From: Octopus bimaculoides
Lineage: Eukaryota
Direction of reading: 5' to 3'
DNA length: 64,000 bases
NCBI RefSeq assembly: GCF_001194135.2
Contig: NC_068994.1
Coordinates: 45,055,487-45,119,486, forward strand
Shown here: one piece after another, positions 10,489 through 23,232 of the stretch
Numbering within the stretch: position 1 is the stretch's first letter
How the letters are laid out: every line of letters begins with the position of its first letter
Program-made: the position numbers and the translations under genes
The notes under the pieces: model-generated
The model's input: the letters and a program-made list of their open reading frames with translations, nothing else
What the model was told of the DNA's origin: nothing
Database searches by the model: none

Positions 10489-13400
10489 GATGTATGTGTG
10501 TGTGACTTCAGAACAGAAAAATATGTAAACAAGAAAAAAGAAAGAGACAGAGATGCTATGATGGCTTCATAGCTTGTCGTTGCTATGACAACTGGTAAAC
10601 AAATAACAAATAAATACTCACATTCTCACAGCCACTGCTTAAAATGATATTCTGAAAGAAGAAAATAAAATAAGATTGTCTGAGAAGTTATCAGATATCA
10701 GAATGTGTGTGTGTGTGTGTGTACATGCACATTTGTGTCTGAGTAAATGTTTGCATTCTGCACTGATTTTAAAATTTTTTGCTGAGTTTCTGGACAGTGA
10801 CAATCAACGACCATCACTTTCCACAGCTCAGCAAATGCTGAAGATGAGTGAAATGAAAAGGTTCCCTACTTGGAAAAACAAGTTATGAGTTATCAACAGG
10901 AGGGGCATGCATCCAACAACGCTTCAATTGTACATATTTTTATAACCCATACTAGTTAAGAAAAAAATGGCATAAAATGAACAAATGAATGAAATATTAC
11001 TACTGTGATGACATCGACAACATCAATGTTACTGTCATCATCATCAGCATCATTTAATGTGCGTTTTTCATGCTGGCATGGGTTGACTGGTTTGACAGGA
11101 TCCAATGAACCACAGAACTGCATCAAGCCCCAGTATGAGCTTTGGCATGTTTTTTCTGCAGTTGGATACCATTCCTAGTGCTAGTAGTGATGATGATGAT
11201 GATGATGATGATGATTGTGATAAGGATTTTCGAGCGAGATCGTTGCCAGTGCCCCTGGACTGGCTCTTGTGTGGGTGGCACATAAAGTACACCATTTCGA
11301 GCGTGGCTGTTGCCAGTACCGCCTGACTGGCCTTCGTAGGATTTTCGAGCGAGATCGTTGCCAGTGCCCCTGGACTGGCTCCTGTGCAGGTGGCACATAA
11401 AATACACCATTTGAGCATGGCCGTTGCCAGTACCGCCTGACTGGCCTTCGTGCCGGTGGCACATAAAAAGCACCCACTACACTCTCTGAGTGGTTGGCGC
11501 TAGGAAGGGCATCCAGCTGTAGAAACTCTGCCAAATCAGATTGGAGCCTGGTGTAGCCATCTGGTTTCACCAGGCATTAGTCAAATCGTCCAACCCATGC
11601 TAGCATCGAAAGCGGACGTTAAACGATGATGATGACATACATAGAAACCAATTTACAACTTACTTTTCCTTTACCAACTTCAATCAGAGTCTGGACGTTT
11701 GTGATGATGTTTCTCCGGGCCTCCTGGTCCCTAATCATGGGCCCATACTGAATCTCAAAATGTACACCACGTTCATAAGCCTGTTTGTTGCACAATAAAA
11801 GAAGGAAGGAAGGAAGGATGTGAATGATGCAGTTAATTAAACAATAGCATATAAATAAATGAATGCAAGCATGGTTGTGTGATCAAAGGTTTATTCTGCA
11901 ATCATTTGCTTTTGGGTTCAATCCCAATGCACAGCACCATGGGCAAGTGTCTTTTACAATAGCCTTAACAGTAACAAACGATGATTGATGTCACATCTCA
12001 AAAGACAACCACTAGATAACATTGACAAGTGTATTAATTTGATTTACCATCCATATTTATATATAAGATACTACAATTACCCGTCATTTTTGATGGCATG
12101 GGGGTCAGCTAGTTTAAATTACTGTAATTATTAAGCTGGTAGATGATAGAAAACTTGATACAGTGGCAGAAAGAATGCTTTGTATATATAGTGGCATTCG
12201 TTTACATTCTGAGTTCAAATTCCACTAAGTGGAACAATAAAATACAGTGCTAATCAAGTGTTAGAATCATCACAATCAACTACAGCCTCCTACAAAATTT
12301 ACTGGCCTTGTATCAATGTAAAAAAAAAAAAAAAAAGGTCTAACTTCTGTCATACACATGTGTATATGTGATCACATGATCACATCATCAAAATCTTGAA
12401 GCTATGCGATAATGTTCGTTTAATTCAAAGTAATGTGAATAAATAAGCATGACATTTGGCAGAATAATCTGAATGTTGAAGGAATGAAGGAACTACAACA
12501 AGGAAAAAACAAATGCAGAGATAGAAGAGGATGCGTAGGAGACATGTCAAACTGTGTCATATAGTATTAGTCCACTTACTGCGTGTAATGATGGGTACTT
12601 CAAATTAAAAGGAAGAAGCTTGGATAAATCCAGTGAGATGATGTCAACTTCCAATGTTTGACAGGCCGTCTGTGAAACAGCAAAAAAAAAAAAAAAATGT
12701 AAATGACATGGTTATACATAAAATTACAAACTATTCTACATATTTTTCTTCCAATTTNNNNNNNNNNNNNNNNNNNNNNNNNNNNNNNNNNNNNNNNNNN
12801 NNNNNNNNNNNNNNNNNNNNNNNNNNNNNNNNNNNNNNNNNNNNNNNNNNNNNNNNNNNNNNNNNNNNNNNNNNNNNNNNNNNNNNNNNNNNNNNNNNNN
12901 NNNNNNNNNNNNNNNNNNNNNNNNNNNNNNNNNNNNNNNNNNNNNNNNNNNNNNNNNNNNNNNNNNNNNNNNNNNNNNNNNNNNNNNGTGTGTGTACTTA
13001 CATATAAGAGACCAAAGTGTATGTATGCTGCCATATGTATATAAAAAGGAATACAAAAAATGGGAGAAAAACACAAAACATCTAGACAGATGATACAAAA
13101 AAGAGACAATAAAAAACACGGATGGGTCATTCGAAGTTTTCTTTCCTCAGTCGAGTTCCAGATTATCTTTGCAATTGCAGCTGGTTATACTCGAGATTGC
13201 TCCAATCTGGCCAGCCCCAAGGAAAAACTAAGCTAAGAGCATTAGATTCCTTGGAAGAAAGCAGTGAATGTAGACGAAAACAAGGACGGGAAAAAAACGG
13301 AGAAATGTTACACAAATACAAATGTAAATAACAAGATATAAAAACAGGTGTCTTTCGACTAAGGACGAATTATATTAAGCTGGCGTGTGTGAAAGTGAAG

Positions 13401-14963
13401 CCTTACGGCAGGGACATAAGAGATAACAGGCATGGGGAGGAATATAGATGTTGCACGGATGGTAGTCGAACCAAGAAAGAAAGGTCAGGCTTGGCCAAAC
13501 ACCAGATGCGTACGGTATTTGAGGACATGTATAATCTTTGTTTTAGAAAATAATAATGGCAGGCCCTCAGCTTACTCAAAAATGAAGAGACATGCTGTTA
13601 TTATGGTTATAAAGGCTGAGCATAGTAATTTAGAAATATCTCGATTTTTAAAAGTTGCCAGATCTTTCATCTACAAAGTTTGTGAGGAGCTTAAGACAGA
13701 AGATGGAAATGTATCACCAGTATCAAAGCATAGAAAGCATTCTAAATGCTCTGAAATCATCAGAACACCTGAATTTATCCAACAAGTTCAACAAACCGTT
13801 GATTACAATCCCAGAAAGTCCATGAGGTCAATTGCAAAAGATCTCCATATGTCAGAAGGAATGGTCAGAAATGTTATCCATGAATACATCAGATATATGA
13901 TGAGGATATATATGAGGATATATGATGAGGAAAGGTCAATTTGTCAGGAAAAGCAAAAGGAACTCACTACATCATATCTAAAAGGCTCTTCAACAAACTG
14001 AAAAATTCAGCTGAAGAAGATATGATTTGGTTTTTCTAAAACAAGAAAAATTTCAACCAAGATCAAAAAATTAACAGAAGAAATGACAGATGGTTATGTG
14101 CAGACCCTTCTGAAGTTCCAAGTGTTATGCATACAAAATTTCCTGCAACTGTCATGGTTTTAGGGGTTGTCAGCAATGAAGGACATGTGATGCCTCCTTA
14201 CTTCTTTCTACAAGGCCTTAGGGTTAACTCTACCACCTACATTGAGGTCCTGGAAATAATTGTTAAGCCCTGGATAGGCAGTGTATGCAATGGAAGGCCA
14301 TATGACTCTAGTAACACAGGAATGGATGGCTGAAAATGTTCATGATCACACAACCCCCAACATTACATGCATCATTTATTTAATAACAGTTTGACTCAGC
14401 TCCATGCAACTTAATGTTTGATAGGCTCATAGAACTATACTTGTGGGAGGGCTGAGGGAACCCAACAAAGCTGCATAGAACTGAGTCGAAATGTTATTAA
14501 GTAATGTGCGCACGCACACACACACACGTTAACCATTTAACGTTTAAACCAGCCAAATCCAGCCCAAATATTCTCTCTGTTTTATGTTTGAAGCAGTCAG
14601 ATCCAGCTTCTCAAACTGACCCTAGAAAGTAATTCTAAAAATAAACAATCACATCATTGAAATCTTGAAGCTTGGAGATAATGAATGATTAATTCAAAGC
14701 AATGTGAATGAATAAACATTACATTTGAGAGAGTAAGATTACCACTAAAGGGTTAATCGACTGTAAATTTACATAAATCACTCAAGGGCCGAGAAATTTC
14801 ATGCATTGCATTTATCAAACTAATGTTATACATACATATCATTAACAATACATGTACATACACAAGTACACATTAACAACATACATTATTAATAACACGC
14901 ACATACACACATATATAAATAATATATAAACACAGTATCAATGGCACGCACACATTATTAACA

Positions 14964-14994
<31 letters not shown>

Positions 14995-17900
14995 CATTCC
15001 AAGAAATGAGAGAAAAATCAAAAAACAAATAATGTCACTAAAGAATTGCAAATGAGTGTTATGTCAAGTCGGAGCTCAGATGCATATGACATGGCAGAGC
15101 TGTTTATGACATCATAACTATGTATAAGAACAACAGAAGCAACAGCAGCAACAACAACAACAATAACAAGAACAGCAACAACAAACTAACACCAACAAAA
15201 ACAGGCCAAATCTCTTTTCTCTTTAGCAATAATTGTTTCCCTTTCCTGCTGTTGCCCTGCTGTTCTTCTTGTAGTGAAAACTGTTCAGTCAAAAGATTTT
15301 TTCCAGCACGTGCCCTGCACTTTCTTTCTCCCTCCCTCGCATGCACACGTGCATACACACACACACACGCACTCACGCACACACACACATATATTCTCTC
15401 ACTCTCTTCCTTCTTTGATAATCTAATGGAGAACTTTCTTACCTGGAGTATTGCACAGGTAGACACAACTTCTTTCACCTCCCCACACAAGTCCCAGCAG
15501 TGTGACGACAACAACAACAACAACAACAACAACAACTACAACTACGACAGCTACAGCAAAAATAAGGACAGCGAAGACAACGAACTGGAGATTCGATTAT
15601 CGGCAATCTGTGCAGGAATCTTGCTTCTACTTACAATCTTCTTAACCACTGTCGTCTACGTGTCGAATATGTTCAACAATGCGGGGCTGGCTCTGTGGGA
15701 GGGCTGGGGAAACCCAACAACAAAGACAAAACGAGAGAAGGCTCGATGCTGGTGCGATGTCATAGCTCGGGCCTTGCTGGCTCCCAAGACGGAGAAGGTG
15801 ACACCAAGAGAAAGTTCAAACCCTGTGAGTTGTGGCGAAAATGACGTGAGTGACAGCAGAAGCAGCAACAGTAAGGTAGAACGATCTCTTATTATCAGAA
15901 AGCAAAATGATAAATTACTGACGAAGAAGAAATATCAAGAATTAAGGATTGTCATTGACTTTCGGTGAGATTCTGCTGAGATTTTTTTCCTTCTCTATTT
16001 TAACCTCCCATCAAATATTTTAAGTGTAGCACCACTGTTTGCATTTAGTATGTTCTTCCGTCTGCCCACACGCATTTAGGTCATAATGTTGCATTCCATG
16101 AAACCCCAGGTCAGCATTGACCAAACAGATCTGTAACCGAAAAACATTCAAGGGATACGCATACTTTCTTTTCCCCCCTCTGTAATAGGGTATCCTGGAC
16201 AACAACATTATCCAATTTGTTCTTATGTTAAGATGGTAAGGTCTGATTTGAGGGAGATTTACCTGTGATTTTTTTTAGAAAATGGAACAACTGTATTCAG
16301 TATGTTCTTCCATCTTTCTGAATACATTTAGGTCATAATGTTTGTATTCTATGAAACCCCAGGTCAGCAGTAAGCAAGCACATCTACGACCGAAAACATT
16401 TAAGGGATGTACTTTCTTTTCGCCCTCTGTACTAGAGTATCCTGGACAACAGCATTATCCAATTTGTCCTTATTTTAAGATAGTAGGGTCTGATTTGAGG
16501 GAGATTTAGCTGTAATTTTTTGCAAATGGAGTAACTGCATAGAACAGGCATGGGTAACCTTTTTCAAGAAGTGAGCTGCATGAGACATGGCTCATCATCA
16601 GATGAACCACATCATCATCATCATCGTTTAACGTCCGCTTTGACTGAGGACTGGCAAGCCAGAAGGCTGCACCAGGCTCCAATCTGATCTGGCAGTTTCT
16701 ACAGCTGGATGCCCTACTACTAAGAAAACTGAAAGAACTATTTTGTAAGGCATTGCCATTTAGAAATCCGCCGCAAGCTGCGCATGAAAAGCATAGAGAC
16801 TTCACTTATTACAGTCTATCTTGGCATTAAAGTTTAGTCCCCAAGTCATTGCTGATCCAGTGGACCTGATCAACATTATTCCAGCTGAGCCCATTCTGTC
16901 CAGGTCTAAATTATTCAATGTGCTCTTCCTTCTTTCTAAGATAGTAAGGTGTGATTTGAAAGAAATTTGGCAACGGGTTCTGTCAGGTGGGCAGAGGTTT
17001 CAGTAGTGTAATAATTTGCATGTAGGTCAATGTTTTAATTCTTTGACTTCAAGTTAGCTCCGAATAAGCAAGATTAAAAGCATTCCAACAATGGCCATTT
17101 CATCTTTATATCAGGCAGTATAGCAAGGACTATGTTATCCAATGTATCCCTTTTTAAAACAAAAAATTGTACAATATGATAAGAGACATTTGGCCATTAT
17201 TTTTAGCGAGTCTTGCAATTTCAAACAGGCTCCATGATTGCTTCATAAAGGTCTGCTTTGATCAAAGGGGTTCCAACTCAGACCAGTTCATTTATTTTTA
17301 ATAACCACAATATATCTAAGATTACAATATTGGACATGTACTTCTATTTTCTAAGATAGTAGGATTAATTTGAGGGAGATTTGGATCCAAGCAGCTCAAG
17401 TGACCATCCCATACTGCTGTCTTCTATCTATTCTAATGTTTCACATATTCCATAGTTTTTCCATATAACAATATTGCTTATTTTGTTGTTGTGGTTTGTT
17501 CTTTTATAAAGGAGAATGTTTTACGATGAAAGTAAACAAACATTTGTTCTTTTTTAGAAGTGTTGAGATGTATTGTAAGAAACAGAATTAAATTTATTTC
17601 TCAAACGCGTGATAATGCTATAAATAGCGTGATCAGGATAAATTATCCATATAATGCAGAAAAATACGTTACCGGCCAGCCGGCCAATTTTTCTGCATTA
17701 TATGGATAATTTATCCTGACCACGCTATTTATAGCATTATCACGCGTTTGAGAATGTTTTGTTACAGACATCAGAATGGTACTTGTATAAGATCTCAGTT
17801 CTGACTGAGCATATCTATGATGAAAATCATTACGACCTTGAGCATTTTTCTCTCAAAACACTTAAACTCTGTCGTACATGCACACTGATATTGCACATCC

Positions 17901-20900
17901 AGCAAAGCATACTAGCTTCATTTCTTTCAAGTCTTCACATGTCCTCTGCAATCACAGCCCAGGTTTCACTGCTGTATAGCATGACTGTTTGCACACAGGC
18001 ATCATACAATCTTCTTTTCACTCTGAGAAGNNNNNNNNNNNNNNNNNNNNNNNNNNNNNNNNNNNNNNNNNNNNNNNNNNNNNNNNNNNNNNNNNNNNNN
18101 NNNNNNNNNNNNNNNNNNNNNTATATATATATATATATATATATGTATATAGGTGCAGGCATGGCTGTGTGGTACCTTCGACAAGTGTCTTCTACTATAG
18201 CCTCGGGCTGACCAAAGCCTTGTCAGTGGATTTGGTAGACGGAAGCTGAAAGAAGCATGTCATGTATATATGTATGTGTGTGTGTGTGTGTGTGTATATA
18301 TGTTTGTGTGTCTGTGTTTGTCCCCCTACTATTGCTTGACAACCAACGTTGGTGTGTCTATGCCCCCGTAACATAGCGGTTCGGCCAAAGAGACCGATAG
18401 AATAAGTACTAAGCTTACAAAGAATAAGTCCTGGGGTCAGTTTGTTCGACTAAAGATGGTGCTCCAGCATGGCTGCAGTCAAATGACTGTAACAAATAAA
18501 AGAATGAAAGAAAGAATACAAACACCCACACACATACAAATCTGTGATTGTGAATGTGTATGTGTGAGTGCGTTTAGGTTAATGCCTCATAAAATTGGTG
18601 ATGCCGTTGAAGTAGAGTAATGTAGTAGTTCAACAAACACACATTGATAAATTAAATACCAAACTTTAAAATAATCACTGGGGTGACTATACTTGGCTAA
18701 ACCCTTGAGGGCAGTGCTTCATCGTGACCGTGTTCCAGTAAGTGGTAAAGGACGAAACGAACACCATACTTAATTAAATTTATTTCTGTAATTGTAATTG
18801 CAAACAATTAAGTTATGCTATTTACAAACATGCTTGACATGGTTGTGTCTTTGGTTACACCCCGATTCCCACTGAACCTTTACATCTGTATTTATATTTA
18901 TACGTGGAGGCGCAATGGCCCAGTGGTTAGGGCAGTGGACTCGCGGTCATAGGATCACGGTTTCGATTCCCAGACAGGGCGTTGTGAGTGTTTATTGAGC
19001 GAAAACACTTAAAAGCTCCACGAGGCTCCGGTAGGGGATGGTGGCGAACCCTGCTGTACTCTTTCACCACAACTTTCTCTCATTCTTACTTCCTGTTTCT
19101 GTTGTGCCTGTAATTCAAAGGGTCAGCCTTGTCACACACTATGTCACGCTGAATATCCCCGAGAACTACGTTAAGGATACACGTGTCTGTGGAGTGCTCA
19201 GCCACTTGCACGTTAATTTCACGAGCAGGCTGTTCCGTTGATCGGATCANNNNNNNNNNNNNNNNNNNNNNNNNNNNNNNNNNNNNNNNNNNNNNNNNNN
19301 NNNNNNNNNNNNNNNNNNNNNNNNNNNNNNNNNNNNNNNNNNNNNNNNNNNNNNNNNNNNNNNNNNNNNNNNNNNNNNNNNNNNNNNNNNNNNNNNNNNN
19401 NNNNNNNNNNNNNNNNNNNNNNNNNNNNNNNNNNNNNNNNNNNNNNNNNNNNNNNNNNNNNNNNNNNNNNNNNNNNNNNNNNNNNNNNNNNNNNNNNNNN
19501 NNNNNNNNNNNNNNNNNNNNNNNNNNNNNNNNNNNNNNNNNNNNNNNNNNNNNNNNNNNNNNNNNNNNNNNNNNNNNNNNNNNNNNNNNNNNNNNNNNNN
19601 NNNNNNNNNNNNNNNNNNNNNNNNNNNNNNNNNNNNNNNNNNNNNNNCACCACCACCACCACCACTACTACTACCTGTTTACTTTTTACTTTATTTAAAT
19701 TACTTCCTTTAATGTTATGCAAAAGATGGATGGATAGGTAAGAATGTACTACTGTATAAGTATATAGATTTGGTGCATCTCCAGTTTCTGTCTGATAAAA
19801 TAACAATTAGAAATAGCAGCCAAATCTTCAAATCATATGGAAAAAAAAAAGGAAGGAAAGGGAGGGAGAATACACTGGATGAATGTACCCTGAAGTTACC
19901 ATATTTAAATAAAAACAAGATCATAGGTCTGTCTAATTTGGGTTGCCCTAGGGTTAAGCAATACCTGGTATAAAACCTGCAAGAAATAGCAGCCAATGCT
20001 TTTCAAATGGCTACCTTTCCTACCATTTTGAAAAGGGGAGAGACATATTGGATGTCATTCTAGATATGGACTGTTCAAGAATGGGATGGATTGGCCTGGA
20101 GATAAACAACAACTAGAATAAACAGACAATTGTCAAGGAATTAGAGAAGAAATTCCAAATATGGAAGCAAAGCCTGAAATCACGAGGCCTCAAAACAAGG
20201 CTTCAAATAGGGCACATTCAGGAAGAAAAGATTTTAGTGCATTAAAGCTTATGGGAAGCCTAACTTTTCATATAAGACCCAGGGTGATTTTTTTAAAGAC
20301 ATTTCTTTTAAAAGTGCATCTTATGTGTCATTAAGTACAGTATGCTATGGGTGCACAAGAGGTTCAGTAGAATCACAGGTAAGCTGACAGAGAAAGATTT
20401 TGTAGGTGCCAGGTAAAGAAGAGTAATTAGTAGTTAGCACTAGAAACACCCATGTAATAAAATACTTCAAATGTTCCACAGGTATCCTAGAAGAAATCGA
20501 TAGCTTCTGTTACCAAGGTAACTTAATTAGCAGTGAAGGAGGGTATTCTGAAAGCAAAATTACTCAAAGTAAGAACAGAACGAGGAAAAAAATCAGGGAG
20601 CTTTTACCTCTGCAGGTAACACGAGGATATTTGTCAAGTGAAAGGCGGATTGTCATAAAAATGAAAATGCCACAGCCATCACTCGCAAGCAAGTATGATT
20701 TAGTAATTGTTTTAGGTTTTTAGATTTGGTAATTTGCTTTTGCTAATTGTTTTAGGTTCCTAACTACAGTTAGCAGGTTAGATGTCCTATCATGGCCATC
20801 TCTTATGTGTTTAAACGTACACTGTATTTATATAAATAATATATAGTTTACTACTAGTTTTTTTCTTCATGCTAGACCAGTGGTAGCAAAAACAGATCCA

Positions 20901-23185
20901 GTTACTTCAAGCTAATAAGGTGATTGACAATGTCACCTCCATTTAACAGTGCATGCCAGAACTAACCTCTATCTTTGGATAAACACTTCAATCTCTTTTT
21001 CTCTAATAATCTAATCTTAATCTTTCGAAAACATTATAGTTGTGTCCCATTCCCCAAAAAGGCAACCTCTCTGACTCTGCTACCAAGACCTATTGCTCAC
21101 ACTTTCAAAATCTCGATGGTGTTGGGGATACTCATTAACAACTACTATCTTCAACACTTTGAATCTTTCATCCTCAACCATATTTCTGTTGAAATACTTT
21201 GCCACTGTTTCTCAATTAAGTTTGAGAATAATGAAGGATTTAGTAAAATAACTTAGTCATTACTAAACTGGTGTTTAGACTGCAAATTAACATGAAATTT
21301 CAATGAAAGGTTGTAGGTTAGAACACTTTAAAACACTAAGGTTGTATCACAGAATAAGGAGCAGTTTCAGGTGGGTCAATATCAAAAAGGTTAATGATCA
21401 CAGGTTGCAGACTTTTATCTTGCAGCCCGCTTGATACTTTCTTGAAATGGGTTTATTCAAACAAACATTTAAAAAATGTTATCAAAAATTAAAGATTGTA
21501 ATGAAAAGTAAAAAAGAAAGATACTACTGTTACAAGTTTATAATTTTAAACAAATGCAAAGTATGCAAAATTCTTGATTCTGTAATTTGATTATTTGACT
21601 ATTAGTGTATAAAGTATACAAGTGGCCCTCAAAGAACTTTCTGCGATTAAAGTGGCCCACAGTGTAATTCGAGTTGACCAGGCCGGTTTTAAGCTCTTGC
21701 CCAAAGTACCACACAGTGGAACTGAACCCAAAACCACATGGTTGAGAAACAATGATCTTAAGCCATACAGCCATAATCAACTACACATTAAAAAAAAACA
21801 CTACAGCACTCCCACAGAACATGAAGAGCACACTACTACAAACCTGAAAGTGGCTACAAATACCAGGGCTCACCAGTACTTATGAATCATTCCTGGCAAT
21901 CTTACATCCTCTTCACAGAAAAGGATGTATCATAAAGACTGATCATCCTCTTTGGAGCCAGATAATACTTCAGCTTTCAACAAATTTTCTGTAAAAATCT
22001 TATTCATCACTCATAATTGGAACACCGCTCCCACATCTAGGACAGTGCAGCACTACAATACACAGAGACAACATCAAAACAAAGAGCCCTCTGGCCAATG
22101 ACATGATGTCGCTAGCTAACACACTCCAATTTCTAGTCCAGTTTCCTCCCTCTGCCATTTCTTCTATCACTACTACAGTGGCGCTACTCCTCAAAGCCAG
22201 TTACTAGAGTCACCTCCCTTTATGTCCTCTTGACTCACTTCTCTCCCTTTTTGTAACCCACACTGTATCTAACCACACCCCAGTCCAGGCACTGTGCTAA
22301 CCACTACACTTAGTCCTTTCTTCCCCAGAACATCAATCCGCTCGAGTTCAGTCCTTACTTGTACTTTTTTTAAAGTTTATCTGGCAACCATCAACTTGTT
22401 TCATAGTAACATTAACCTGGAATGAGATCACTGTGCGTGTCTGACAATTTGACACAGTTGACTGGGCTAACGATTCTGCCAGCCTGCCACCTCAATACTG
22501 CAAAATATATTAGCAATAGTACAACAACAATGGCAACAGTAACAACAACAACGACAAAATTAATAATTGCTTCTAACACAGACATAAGGCTTGAAAGTTG
22601 GGGAAGGTTTGACAGATACTTTGGCCCTGGAAGGAGAAACGGCAAAGTTGATCTGAGCAGGAGCTGAGATTGGAACATAAATTGCCAGAACATATGCCAC
22701 AAGGCATTTTGTCTGATACTCTAGTGATTCTGCCAAGTCACCATCCTAGTGACAACAGTAGGAACAATGACGACAATACTAACAACAACAACAACGTTAT
22801 CAATCATCATCATCATTTTAACATCTTCATTTCCATGCTTGTATGGGTTGAATGGAGTTTATTGAGGCCAATTTTCTATGGCGGGATGCCTTTCCTGTTG
22901 CCAACAATCACTTGTTTCTAAGAGAGATGATATTTCCCTATGGACAGACATACAGACATATTTATGCAGAATATTGGAAATAACTAATACAGCTTGTAAG
23001 ACAGTGACACTCACTAGTACCACAAAGAAACAAACACAATCACACACACACAAATATATATATATATATATAGGTGCAGGCATAGCTGTGAGGTAAGAAG
23101 CTTGCTTCCCAACACATGGTTCTGGGTTCAGTGCAACAAGTGTCTTGTGAGTAGATTTGGTAGATGGAAACTGAAAGAAGCTCAT

Positions 23186-23232
<47 letters not shown>

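Noticed and set aside
12600-13130. Long ORFs spanning N-runs (also at 17759, 19183, 36219, 42100, 49449)
   Set aside because: They are artefacts of gaps translated as X. Only the 90-nt RPP30 exon 6 in this interval is real.
13100-13530. CpG-rich block that looks like a young interspersed repeat
   Set aside because: It is single-copy in this window with no TIR, TSD or coding motif I can support, so it was left unclassified.
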